This document shows, one piece after another, positions 13,231 to 25,851 of a DNA stretch of 64,000 nucleotides (the first letter of the stretch is position 1; every line of letters starts with the position of its first letter). The stretch covers positions 11,222,001-11,286,000 of the forward strand of contig CATNEN010000003.1 in NCBI GenBank assembly GCA_950097015.1. Reading direction: 5' to 3'. The position numbers were made by a program, and so were the translations under genes. The notes under the pieces were generated by a model. It worked only from the letters and a program-made list of their open reading frames with translations. It was not told the DNA's origin and made no database searches. This stretch comes from Macrostomum hystrix (Eukaryota; Animalia; Platyhelminthes).

Positions 13231-14315
13231 TATGAGATTCGCTAGCCGGAAATCTGCTAGCTAAAGTTTGCTAGCGAGAAATTTGCTAGCCGAAATTTGC
13301 TAGCAGGAACTTTGCTAGCCGAACATTGGTAGCCGAACTTTGCTAGCCGAACTGTCCTAGCAGGAACTTTGCTAGCCGAACATTGGTAGCCGCGAACTTT
13401 GCTAGCCGAACTGTCCTAGCAGGAACTTTGCTAGCCGAACATTGGTAGCCGAACTTTGCTAGCCGAACTGTCCTAGCAGGAACTTTGCTAGCCGAATTTT
13501 GCTAGCCGAACTTTGCTAGCAGGAACTTTGCTAGCGAGTCGAGGATTTTGCTAGCTTAATTAAAATTTTCTTGCGAAATTAACTTTGCATGCTCAAGTCT
13601 ATACTCTGCATCTACTAGCTGTTTGATCATTAGTTATACTAGCCTTCAAAGGAAAGGGCGAGTGCAATTCATTGGCGTAGCTCCAATGGAATTTGTCGCT
13701 TAATATTTACAAAGAACTGCGTGAAATAATATATAACTATACAAACTAAATTCATATTAAAATACTGCGAATACAATTCACTGATTATAATTTGCAGGCG
13801 TTAACTATTATGCAATAAAGCTGGCTACTACAGTATTACGAATGATCAGTGGGCGATGGGCCATTAAAAAAGATTTTTTCTTTTCTCGTCAAGAAGAGAT
13901 TCTCTTGCGAGCCGAGAAGTTCTCTAAAGTATTTCCTTTGAGAAGAGAATTTCTTGAAGAGTTAGAGTAGAATCAAGTAGTATAGTCACTTTCTCCGAGT
14001 TGGCGGAATCAAGAGCGTCGCTCACATGTTTCCTACTTTACAAACCATTACAAACCAACAAACTATTACTTCATATGCAACAATATCAGTAGAACCATTT
14101 CTCGCTATTTACTCCACTGTTCTTAAAAACTAAAATTGGCTCCATCGTTACTATAATTTATATGGGGGCCGTTGATCCGTCGATTTTCGTCCGCATTTAG
14201 TCCGCCAGTTGGTCCGGTTCGTGAAATGGGGGGTTCACGAGTTTCTGCTAGCAAATTTCTCGCTTGTAAACTTCGGCTAGCAGATTTCCTGCTAGCAAAA
14301 TTCATAGACCTCATA
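13231..14315. mobile_element. Non-autonomous TIR element (MITE-like) with subterminal GCTAGC tandem repeats
   Basis: 13231-13300 is an imperfect reverse complement of 14245-14315 (TATGAG...CTCATA). Array of (GAACTTTGCTAGCC)-type units at 13290-13555. Confidence 0.7.
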
Positions 14316-15979
14316 TTTTCAATACTGCAAAAAATCGCCCGCTTGTTCAGATATAGCGTCGTAGCGCGGCGGTTAAAGTAAAAACGAATTGAAGTCAGTA
14401 CATAAAAATTACAGCATTACAATTTAACTTTTTAAAGCAAGTAAAAAATTAGCAGTCGCGATCTGAATATAAATTTGATCATATATATAATTAAATCAAG
14501 TAAGTTTATCAAAAGTCTAGCTTCTTGGAATAATTGCACTGCTTATAATTAAAAAAAAACTTTAAACAATTCGTAAACACGTACTTGAATAATCCAATTA
14601 TCCAAACGCCATTTAACAGTCGCATCCACAATAAAGTACAATTCAGACAGTGTAAGGAATAAGTTAACTATCGCACTGATATCAAGATCATTTATAGACA
14701 TGCATGAACAAGAAAACTGTTTTTAAAAGCGCTTTGTACAATGAATAGCAGTTCGCTACTATCGAAATAAAACAAATCGTTATAATACAGCATTGCGACA
14801 AATTTATTTTGTATAGGATAAAAAACAGAAATTCAAGAAGGCAGATATAGGGACAATTATGCACTTATTTGACGTATATACAATTTTAAGGTGTCACAAC
14901 ATCTTTGCAAGCCAAAATCTACAGTAATTATAAGAAGCGCATTCGGATCAAGAGATTTTTTACATCGGGGCATATAAATTTTCAAAAGAGATGTGCTTTG
15001 GTCATGAAGGCTTAACATTTCTCATCCATGCTAGAACACTCCTAATAGTATTTCATTTATCTGTCACTATGGTTATAAGGTTTTAAATAAAAGAATCTAA
15101 ATTCAAGCATGTTATTAAAAAAACGTTACAGATTTTTTTCGCGCGAATTCAAACTTACTTAAACTGATATCGGATATTTTGCGAGGTTCCTTCTAGTAAG
15201 ATAGTACACTATAATTCCAGTACTACAAATGTATAGACAAAACACAATTGTAGGAATTATAAATATGTGGTTGAAAAAAAATTATTATTATTACTAGCAC
15301 GAGGCTATTAAAACAACACCAAGAATAGTTTAGCTGAATTTTAATCTGAATAAACACAAACAAAATAATTACAAAACTATTTTTGCGACTCTACCACAAT
15401 AGGTAATGATCCATTAATAATTTGAAAATCTTTATTAAATAGCTGTTTTGACGAGAATTATATAGTCAAACTTACAAAAACCATTTTTAATCTTACAAAT
15501 CGTCACACCATACAGTAAAAATATTTATCAAATAAACTTTTGAAGCATTATCAATTAATACAATACACATTAAGGAGAATTACGTCAAACGTCAGAAAGA
15601 AACAATTATGATGTTGCTCATAAGTATGACGAAAGAAGACAACAGAAAGACTAAATAATTTATTTATGTATTTACTGAGGTATGAATGATAACTTTAAAT
15701 ATCACAATGAACTACTGAGAAATGTTCGATTGTTAAAAAAATTTCAATTTAGAAAAAAATAGCATCGAATTAATAATAATTTTTGAACTAAGCAATATGA
15801 ATATAATGTCAGTGTTGTCGTTTGTCTTCTCTAAATTATTAAAATTCTAAAAGTTAGGTGTAACGTAAATGTCTACTTTTATGATAATATATCGTTTTTC
15901 CATATATTTTACTAGCAGTAGAGTGAAACGCACATGTTAAAAAATGTATACGATTACGTAACTGACGTTGCGAAAACGC

Positions 15980-18900
15980 TCAGGGCGGCAGCGCGGCGCA
16001 CTTGTCGCAGACTCGCACGCTGCTCTCCCAGCCTCTAGATGGCACTGGCATTCGACTCCGCGAGCAGGCGTCGCAGACGCCCAGGCCGCAGCGTCGGCAA
16101 TGATGCAACGGTACTGGCAGAGCAGACGCCGGATTGAACTCAGTTGAGCACACTGCGCAACGAATTGCCAAATGATCCGGCTGCCAGTAGGTGGGTCTGG
16201 CGTAGCTTTTTATAGCACCGGCAGCGGTGGAGATCACGGCTGTACAGGCGGAGGACACGAGCTCGCTGTACTGCCTTAGACGGGTGCCGTCGGTGCCATT
16301 TTCGTCTGGCGCAATCAGCGGTCCCTGATCTGGAGACCGATCGGCGCAGGTCAGACAGACACGAACCGGCTCAACACCGTAGCCAATGACAGGAATGCGA
16401 CGACTGGAGCAGGGATCGCAGAAGCCCTGTATGTTGCATGAGGTGATAAATAGTTTTTTTCATTTTTGTACCAATATGGATTCGCCATACACCCGCGTTC
16501 TTTCCCCAGGGGGAAAAATATCGTTGTCTTTCTACTGTTTGATGAATTCTTTGATATTGGAAACCTTCTTCAAGTTAAACTAACGTACGGGATTTTAAAC
16601 GAAAGGTTGGGAGTTCGAATCTTATCTCAAGGAAGCGAATATTAGTTGCTGAGCATACCCTGAGCAGACACACACACAGGGTGTGTACATTTGCTCAAGC
16701 TTTCTCGTCGTAAGGCAGTGTACATTTACGACAAGGCCCTTAGGTTTCTCTCTGCGGCTGCGCCCCAAATTAACGCGGCCTCTCGCCGCAGATTTGAGCT
16801 CAGGAACATTTGGCAGGAGTGACAGACGTGTCAGCTAAATAGCTTGCATATAGATTCCATGAAGCGTAGACCTGTTTTCGTAAGGTAACCCTCGGATAAA
16901 GCCGACTTACCTGTCCACAGGCACGGCAGTGATGCTTACTAGGGGCATTAGGCCCAGCTAGATTAATTTTACACCTGGTGCAAACTTTAATACTGGCGTT
17001 TGGCACCCATTTGGCAGGCGCAATGCTATCCGATATGTAGTCCGCCACTGCCCGAGTGGGTAGGGCTGCTCCGGCCACAGCTCCAACTGTGCTAAACGCG
17101 TAGGAGACACCGTCTAGAAGGCGTTGGCCAGCGTTTAGCGAGCTCTGCAGATCCGGAGTGACCTAATAATTCGGTTAAGTGGAGTCTGGTTGAGTTTGGA
17201 ATAAATTCGTACAGTTCGGAAGCGTTTACTTGAGTTCGGAGGAGTCTAGAAGAGTTTGGTAGAGTTTGGTGGAGTCTAGTAGGGTTTGGTAAGGTTTCGT
17301 AGAGTTTGGTAGGGTTTGATAGAGTTTGTTAGAGTTTGGTAGACTTTGGTAGAGTTAGGTAGAATTTGGTAGAGTTTGGTGAGGTTTGGTAAGGTTTGGT
17401 AGGGATTGGTGGAGTTTGGTAGAGTTTGGTGAGGTTTGGTAATTTTTGGTAGGGATTGGTGAAGTTTGGTAGGGTTTGGTAAGGTTTGGTAAATTTTGGT
17501 AGAGCTTGGTAAGGTTTGGTAAAGTTTGGTAGGGATTGGTGGAGTTTGGTAGAGTTTGGTAGGGATTGGTGGAGTTTGGTAGAGTTTGGTAAGGTTTGGT
17601 AAAGTTTGGTAGGGATTGGTGGAGTTTGGTAGAGTTTGGTGAGGTTTGGTAGAGTTTGGTGGAGTTTGGTGTAGTTTGGTGAGGTTTGGTAAGGTTTGGT
17701 AGAGTTTGGTGAGGTTTGGTAGCGTTTAGTAGAGTTTGGTGAGGTTTGGTAAGGTTTGATAGGGATTGGTGGAGTTTGGTAGAGTTTGGTGAGGTTTGGT
17801 AGAGTTTGGTGGAGTTTGGTGGAGTTTGGTGAGGTTTGGTAAGGTTTGGTAGGGATTGGTGGAGTTTGGTAGAGTTTGGTGAGGTTTGGTAGCGTTTAGT
17901 AGAGTTTGGTGAGGTTTGGTAAGGTTTGATAGGGATTGGTGGAGTTTGGTAGAGTTTTGTGAGGTTTGATAGAGTTTGGTGGAGTTTGGTGGAGTTTTGT
18001 GAGGTTTGGTAAGGTTTGGTAGGGATTGGTGGAGTTTGGTAGAGTTTGGTGAGGTTTGGTAAAGTTTGGTAGGGATTGGTGGAGTTTGGTAGAGTTTGGT
18101 GAGGTTTGGTAGAGTTTGGTGGAGTTTGGTGTAGTTTGGTGAGGTTTGGTAAGGTTTGATAGGGATTGGTGGAGTTTGGTAGAGTTTGGTGAGGTTTGGT
18201 AGAGTTTGGTGGAATTTGGTGGAGTTTGGTGAGGTTTGGTAAGGTTTGGTAGGGATTGGTGGAGTTTGGTAGAGTTTGGTGAGGTTTGATAGAGTTTGGT
18301 GGAGTTTGGTGGAGTTTTGTGAGGTTTGGTAAGGTTTGGTAGGGATTGGTGGAGTTTGGTAGAGTTTGGTGAGGTTTGGTAAGGTTTGGTAGGGACTGGT
18401 GGAGTTTGGTAGAGTTTGGTGAGGTTTGGTAGAGTTTGGTAGAGTTTGGTAGAGTTTGGTGAGGTTTGGTAAAGTTTGGTAGGGATTGGTGGAGTTTGGT
18501 AGAGTTTGGTGAGGTTTGGTAGAGTTTGGTAGGGATTGGTGGAGTTTGGTAGAGTTTGGTGAGGTTTGGTAAGGTTTGGTAGGGATTGGTGGAGTTTGGT
18601 AGAGTTTGGTGAGGTTTGGTAATTTTTGGTAGGGATTGGTGAAGTTTGGTAGGGTTTGGTAAGGTTTGGTAAATTTTGGTAGAGCTTGGTAAGGTTGGTA
18701 GAGCTTGGTAAGGTTTGGTAGAGCTTGGTAAGGTTTGGTAGAGCTTGGTAAGGTTTGGTAGAGCTTGGTAAGGTTTGGCAGAGCTTGGTAAGGTTTGGTA
18801 GAGCTTGGTAAGGTTTGGTAGAGTTTGGTAGTGTTTAAAATAGTTTGCAGGAGTAAAAAATAGTTTTTTAGGATTCGATAGACTTTTTTTTACTTTAGTT

Positions 18901-21900
18901 GAGTGTGGTTGGGTTTAGAATAGTTATTTAGGGGCTCAATTTTAGTATAATTCGATGGATTGCAGTAAAATTGGATGAAATTTTCGTGGAGTTTAGTTAG
19001 ACGGTGGCTTGAGAGATTTAGTGGAGCTAAAAGCATTGTGTAGCTTGACTAAAAAATCATTTCAAATTCGAACAAAAAATTCAAGCATTTAAACAAAAAA
19101 ACGTATGATAGTTTTGAAAAAAAAAACATTTTAAAAACGTTTGAAAGGTTTTTAAAATTTGTTTTACTGTTTTAAGAACACGATTACTTCGGAAATTTAA
19201 AAGCATTAAAATCTAATTCAGCTTTTCACACTCATCCAGTTGCTAACTAACGAGATAGATAAATTGAAATCAAATTTTGTTTAAATTAGCTAATATTTTT
19301 CAGTTAAAGCACAAAAGCGCTTGTTAAAACAATTCTACTGCGAAACATGAATCGATCCAAGAGTTGCAAATTAGTCACCTGTTTAGTCTGGAAGTTAAAT
19401 TATGTAAAAGTTCAATAGAAAAAAAACATGTTTTGTTAGTTTCTAAATTAAACTACTGTGAGCCGGAATTAAAACATGTAAGTACTAGTGTTACCTTCAT
19501 GTTGATGATTTGTGGCTAAAAATTAAACACACATATTGTAATATAATTTATCATAATGATTTAAATACTTAATTAAAGACTAAAATGTGGGTAAATCTAT
19601 TACAATAATTTTTTCTGTAAATTTTGGGCATATCAACGATTAGACGGTCGGGGGTATACGATTCTATAAGGTCGGGGGTTCGAATCCTAACTACTGCAAC
19701 TACGGACCCTAAATGGACCGTTTTTACATAAGAAGCCGAAAATTGTTTGTTTGTTAGTAGTGGAAAAAAAGCTAACACTAAAAGTGGTTCAATGTGATAA
19801 ATAATAAATAGTGGAATAATGAGCACACAAACTCTAAAAACTACCTAGCTATTCATGCTATCGAGAGATTAAACTCAAAGCAAAAGCAACGATAACTCAG
19901 CACTAACGGATTCTCCGTCCGGCCAGACGTGTACATATTCGGCACGAACCAAGCCGGCCTCCTCAGGGTCCCGATTGCCGTACCAGTACTGGCGACTGCG
20001 TTGGAGAACACCGCACTGAGCACAGGAGAGAGCATAGCCGCTCAAAGCATAACTAGTTAGGCCTGACTCCAGTGTGTACACTGCGACATTGCGTTGACTG
20101 CGCTGACGCTCGCAGGCCAGGCAAATGTACTGCCGATTGTCTAGCCGGGCATATTGGCGACATTCGACTGCTGCTGCTGAATGAACAGAGTGACAACCGG
20201 TGTGGCCCTGGGCTAAGCCACATTTGGCTTGACAGCTGAGACACCGGCTCTGGATTAGTTTAATTAATGTTTCATAGATGATTAATTATGAGCGTGAAGC
20301 GCTTTTGTTAATAAATCAGTAATATTATGATTATATCATATAGCTACAGTTAGTCTAATCGCTAATTAATTTTATAAAATGGCAATCAAATATTAACAGA
20401 ACACTATCCAATACTATAAAACAGATGTTCAGTATTTTCAAACCGCTATCCAATATTATCAAACCGCTACCCAATATTATCAAACCGCTATCCAATATTA
20501 TCAAACCGCTATCCAATATTATCAAACCGCTATCTAATATTATCAAACCGCTATCTAATATTATCAAACCGCTATCTAATATTATCAAACCGCTATCCAA
20601 TATTATCAAACCGCTATCCAATATTATCAAACCGCTATCCAAAATTATCAAACCGCTATCTAATATTATCAAACCGCTATCTAATATTATCAAACCGCTA
20701 TCCAATATTATCAAACCACTATCTAATATTATCAAACCGCTATCCAATATTATCAAACCGCTATCTAATATTATCAAACCGCTATCTAATATTATCAAAC
20801 CGCTATCTAATACCATCAAACCGCTATCCAATGTTATCAAACCGCTATCCAATATCAACAAACCACTATCCAATATTATCAAACCGCTATCCAATATCAA
20901 CAAACCACTATCTAATATTATCAAACCGCTATCCAATATTATCTATCCGCTATCCAATATTATCAAACCGCTATCCAATATTATCCATCCGCTATCCAAT
21001 ATTATCCATTCGCTATCCAATATTATCAAACCGCTATCCAATATCAACAAACCACTATCTAATATTATCAAACCGCTATCCAATATTATCAAACCGCTAT
21101 CCAATATTATCAAACCGCTATCCAATATTATCCATCCGCTATCCAATATTATCAAACCGCTATCCAATATTATCCATCCGCTATCCAATATTATCCATTC
21201 GCTATCTAATATTATCAAACCGCTATCCAATATTATCAAACCGCTATCCAATATTATCAAACCGCTATCTAATATTATCAAACCGCTATCTAATATTATC
21301 CATTCGCTATCCAATATTATCCATCCGCTATCCAATATTATCCATTCGCTATCTAATATTATCAAACCGCTATCCAATATTATCCATTCGCTATCCAATA
21401 TTATCAAACCGCTATCCAATATTATCAAACCGCTATCTAATATTATCAAACCGCTATCTAATATTATCAAACCGCTATCCAATATTATCAACACGCTATC
21501 CAATATTTTCAATCCACTATCCAACATTATCAACAGGCTATCCAATATTATCAAACCGCTATCCAATATTATCAAACCGCTATCCAATATTATCAAACCG
21601 CTATCCAATATTATCAAACCGCTATCCAATATTATCAAACCGCTATCCAATATTATCAAACCGCTATCCAATATTATCAAACCGCTATCCAATATTATCA
21701 AACCGCTATCCAATATTATCAAACCGCTATCCAATATTATCAAACCGCTATCTAATATTATCAAACCGCTATCCAATATTATCAAACCGCTATCCAATAC
21801 TATCAAACCGCTATCCAATATTATCAAACCGCTATCCAATATAATCCATCCGCTATCCAATATTATCAAACCGCTATCCAATATAATCCATCCGCTATCC

Positions 21901-24900
21901 AATATTATCAAACCGCTATCCAATACTATCAAACCGCTATCTAATATTATCAAACCGCTATCCAATATTATCAAACCGCTATCCAATATAATCCATCCGC
22001 TATCCAATATTATCCATTCGCTATCCAATATTATCAAACCGCTATCCAATATTATCAAACCACTATCTAATATTATCAAACCGCTATCCAATATTATCAA
22101 ACCGCTATCCAATATTATCCATCCGCTATCCAATATTATCCATTCGCTATCCAATATTATCAAACCGCTATCCAATATTATCAGTAGCAATCAACAGACC
22201 AGAGAGCCAGTATCCACCCAACTAACCTGGCAGGTGAAATATTGAGCAGGCGAAGCGGCGGACATCGCACCATCAACGGCCACATCTCTAAGAACAGCGT
22301 CATTGCCATCGACAACATCGGAACCTTCCAAATCCGTCATTGATGTCGACGCAGCGGCGCGGAATCTCTCGGACAATAGGCGCAGTCGTTTCACCACGCA
22401 GCCGGGCGTGCGACCTCGGCGACAAGCCAGAAGGCAGTCGATGCGACGCCTCAGCGGCTTGAAATCTGTAGCGCCATCGAGGCCGTTAATTTCAGCTGAC
22501 GACGAGCGAACGCCAACATAGTCTAGCCGACTGAAACCCTCCGAATGACAGCCAAGCTCGGCGTAACGCCGACTGAAATATGGACAATATCATGGGTAGC
22601 TCATAAGTACACACATTAGGCTAATATTGTTCTCATTTAATACCCCTAAGAAGCAGAGACCCAATGTCCCCTAAGAAGCAGAGACCCAATGTCCCCTAAG
22701 AAGCAGAGACCCAATGTCCCCTAAGAAGCAGAGAACCAATGTCCCCTAAGAAGCAGAGACCCAATGTCCCCTAAGAAGCAGAGACCCAATGTCCCCTAAG
22801 AAGCAGAGACCCAATGTCCCCTAAGAAGCAGAGAACCAATGTCCCCTAAGAAGCAGAGACCCAATGTCCCCTAAGAAGCAGAGACCCAATGTCCCCTAAG
22901 AAGCAGAGACCCAATGTCCCCTAAGAAGCAGAGACCGAATGTCCCCTAAGAAGCAGAGACCCAATGTCCCCTAAGAAGCAGAGAACCAATGTCCCCTAAG
23001 AAGCAGAGACCCAATGTCCCCTAAGAAGCAGAGACCCAATGTCCCCTAAGAAGCAGAGACCCAATGTCCCCTAAGAAGCAGAGACCCAATGTCCCCCACC
23101 AGCAAAGAACCATCCAATGTCCGCCCAGCAGTAGACAAAGTGACTCACCGAAAAGCCTCCCCACCTCTATCCTCGTATTGGCCGTCCAGTTCATCAACTG
23201 GACCAGCTTCGCCCAGTGTCCGCGTGTGCCGGGTCTCGTGAAAGACAATTAGAGCCGGTCGCATCTCGTCAACTTCATCTTCCAGTTGATCAGCGTCATC
23301 AGCGTCAGCGTCATCTAATGCGTCGTTACAGGCCGCTGGCTGTTTCTTAGAAATCAGCGCCGGTTGCATGACGTCAACAAAGGCGCGACTGGCGTCGCTG
23401 AGGAATTTAAAAGCGTCGTCCTGCAGGCGCTCGCATCTGGCTCGATAGATTACAATGTCACTGATGGCCAACACTTTCAATAGTAGAGACACCTGTCTGT
23501 AATGCAGATTATAGGCAAAGGACTTCTTTTAAATAATTATAAACAAAAAACATTATGAAAGCAATGAAACTACTTATAGTAGACTTAAAGCTCGTGCTTT
23601 TTCTTCGGAAAAAAATAATGGACGTGCCGCCAAACGCGGGCATTATTAAGGTAAACTATGGCTGTTGGGAGTAACTATACTATAATTTGGCAGTGTTAGG
23701 CGCGTTACTCGTTACTAGTGATCAATTTGGACAATATCGTTACTTTTTTGCCACGTTAATTTTTCCCGTTACCACAAGCTGGTAACGAAAATGATGGTAA
23801 CCAGTCTATCAACAGTGTGAATTTCTTAACAATTAGCAACAATATCCTTCAATTTCTTTGTTTCAAATTGATCAAATATAGTATTCATTTTGATTTGAGA
23901 CTTTTTTGTTGCGAGGTGCTAATTTGCGAAATCTTTATTGGTCAATCCGCAGACTGACTAGTCTGTTACTTTACTCTGTAGACAATATTATTTTATCAAC
24001 AATTATCAATATTATCAATCTACCAAAATTTACCAAAATGGGCATGTGTAGAGAGTAGTAAAATAAGCAAATTGTTTAACGCGCTACTTAAAGTAATATT
24101 ACAAGGAAACCTGAGCTATAATTATTAATCTATTTTTAGATTGAGTCATGATGACTCATTCGCTATTTTTAGAAACAAAGTCATGTGACTTTAAACCGGA
24201 GAACCGGTTTTCGACAGCTTTGTTACGAGCACTCCCATACATGGTAATGCTTACTTGAAAAACCCAAAACGCAGCTAAACTAACAAGTTTTAAATTCCTG
24301 TTATAAATTCCTAGGCAACTGTTCCCCATTGACTAGAAGCGGTAGTTTTGTGTGCCTGATCAACACACAATACTCTTCACAAGATAATAAGGTATAAAAA
24401 TAACGATTTAAAGTAAAGATCGTTACTTCTTTCGTTACCCATTTTTTCGTTTTTCGAATTGCTCAGCAAACTGACCTGTTAGCAACCGAAGTAGCTGCAC
24501 CTTGCAGACCTTCCGTATCCAACAATAGGCATTGACGATTGCAACCCAAGGCGGCCCAGACTCCAACCGTGCAAGACATTGGATCGTCCGACGTGTGAAA
24601 TACATCTGAACCGTTGAAGAACGCGTAATTGAGTGTGTGCGACTTGCCGTCTCCAGTTTTGCCAACAATTGACACAACTGGTAGGCGACGAAATTCCGCT
24701 TCGGGACAGTCTAGGAGGTCGCAGAGGCTGGCGCCGGTCTCTACTAGAAGATGCTCGCGAGAATCGATCAGGCAGGCCGCAGTTGGAGCCGGGGCTGCGT
24801 CCGTCTTAGGCGGCGACTGGCGCCACAGTTGCTGCTGCTGCTGTTGCTGCTGCCATGATGTTCTGCAAATGTTTTTATAATTTTATAGTACTGCTGATGA

Positions 24901-25851
24901 GCTAATTAGATTGAGGGCGAAAGATGAAGACTGATCAATAGGTTTGGGGTAGGAACATGAAGACTGACCAATAAAATTGAGATAAGGACTGACCTATAGA
25001 ATTGAGGCAGGAAGATAAGGACTGACCAATAGGATTGAGGCATGAAGATATGGACTGACCAATAGGATTGAGGCAAGAAGATGAATACTGACTAATAAGA
25101 TTGAGGCAAGAAGATAAGGACTGACCAATAACATTGAAGAAAGAAGGAAGATGAAGACTGACTAGAATGAATGTTTGTTTTTTTACTGAATGCTATTTTT
25201 GATACACTTAAGATTGAGAGACAAAGAAGGATTCCCGTTTTACAGAAACCAATTTAGTTTCCAAGTGCCCTCTCACCTAGCAGGCTGATTAGTAATGATA
25301 GCTTGTCCATCAGTCGCGTGAGCAGACATACTGAAGAACTGATCGCCGTCAGCTTCAGCGGATTCAAATTCTTCGCTGTCATCGCTATCCCGATCTAGAT
25401 CGACATGATTATTATTGAGCAGTCTGACTGGTGGACTGCTTCCACTAGCAGCGCTAGACTTGTCTACTGTGGCTTCGCTGAGCAGAGCTAGATCAGCTCG
25501 ACGCTCAGCGAAAGACACTCGACGATGTCCCCGACTGGTCCGATGCTGTTTAGTATCGCAGTCGTAGCAGAAATTTCTCTGACACACTGGACAATAAACA
25601 TCGGCAAAGTTGCTTGGCTGGCAGCCAACATGCTGACAAAGATCGCCACTGTCTGGCTCAGACAATGACACTCGATCGTGCCTAGACATGCCTCGACGAC
25701 TACTATTAGTAGACGAAGAGTGAATAAACTGGTCACATCTGGCGCACTGATCTGAGTTGCATTGTTGGCAATGAACTCTAGCTGGGGCGTTTTCAATGCC
25801 ACAGTCGACGCGTTCGGTACAAAACCTGACTGAACAGCGAGATCTTCGCAT
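15980..25851 (-). CDS. ZFYVE1: Zinc finger FYVE domain-containing protein 1 (DFCP1). Exons 25851-25277, 24862-24476, 23496-23149, 22572-22227, 20249-19908, 17162-16911, 16426-15980
   Basis: N-terminal B-box-like Cys/His region; P-loop VSIVGKTGDGKSHTLN; LLDTEGL; LLLKVLAISDIVIYR; RSRQYWYGNRDP...HVWP; two C-terminal FYVE fingers (KHHCRACGQGFCDPCS; HHCRRCGLGVCDACS...VRVCDKC). All junctions are GT-AG and the ones I translated keep frame. Confidence 0.95.
16655..16835 (-). mobile_element. Degenerate SINE family A copy in ZFYVE1 intron 6
   Basis: GTGTGTACATTTGCTCAAGCTTTCTCGTCGTAAGGCAGTGTACA...GCGGCTGCGCCCC matches the family core. Confidence 0.7.
17230..18832. repeat. 10-bp minisatellite (AGAGTTTGGT-type), ~160 units with higher-order variant pattern, in ZFYVE1 intron 5
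   Basis: Strict 10-bp periodicity NNNNTTTGGT. Confidence 0.97.
20430..22185. repeat. 21-bp minisatellite AATATTATCAAACCGCTATCC, ~83 units, in ZFYVE1 intron 4
   Basis: Direct tandem array; explains the 606-, 415-, 337- and 193-aa repeat ORFs. Confidence 0.97.
22643..23097. repeat. 25-bp minisatellite CCCCTAAGAAGCAGAGACCCAATGT, ~18 units, in ZFYVE1 intron 3
   Basis: Near-perfect tandem array. Confidence 0.97.
24905..25165. repeat. Degenerate ~34-bp tandem repeat (GACTGACCAATAGGATTGAGGCAAGAAGAT) in ZFYVE1 intron 1
   Basis: About 7-8 diverged units visible. Confidence 0.8.

Noticed and set aside
19640-19710. Possible tRNA gene (GGTTCGAATCC); similar motifs at ~2745, 3125, 16610 and 59125
   Set aside because: No complete cloverleaf; best explained as fragments of tRNA-derived SINE heads.
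20355-22245. 606-, 415-, 337- and 193-aa heptad-repeat ORFs
   Set aside because: By-products of a stop-free 21-bp intronic minisatellite; read-through from the ZFYVE1 exon stops at 22191.
24890-24940. Second CTGATGA...GAAA motif
   Set aside because: No UH cleavage site with a pairing stem III; it sits at the edge of a degenerate tandem repeat.
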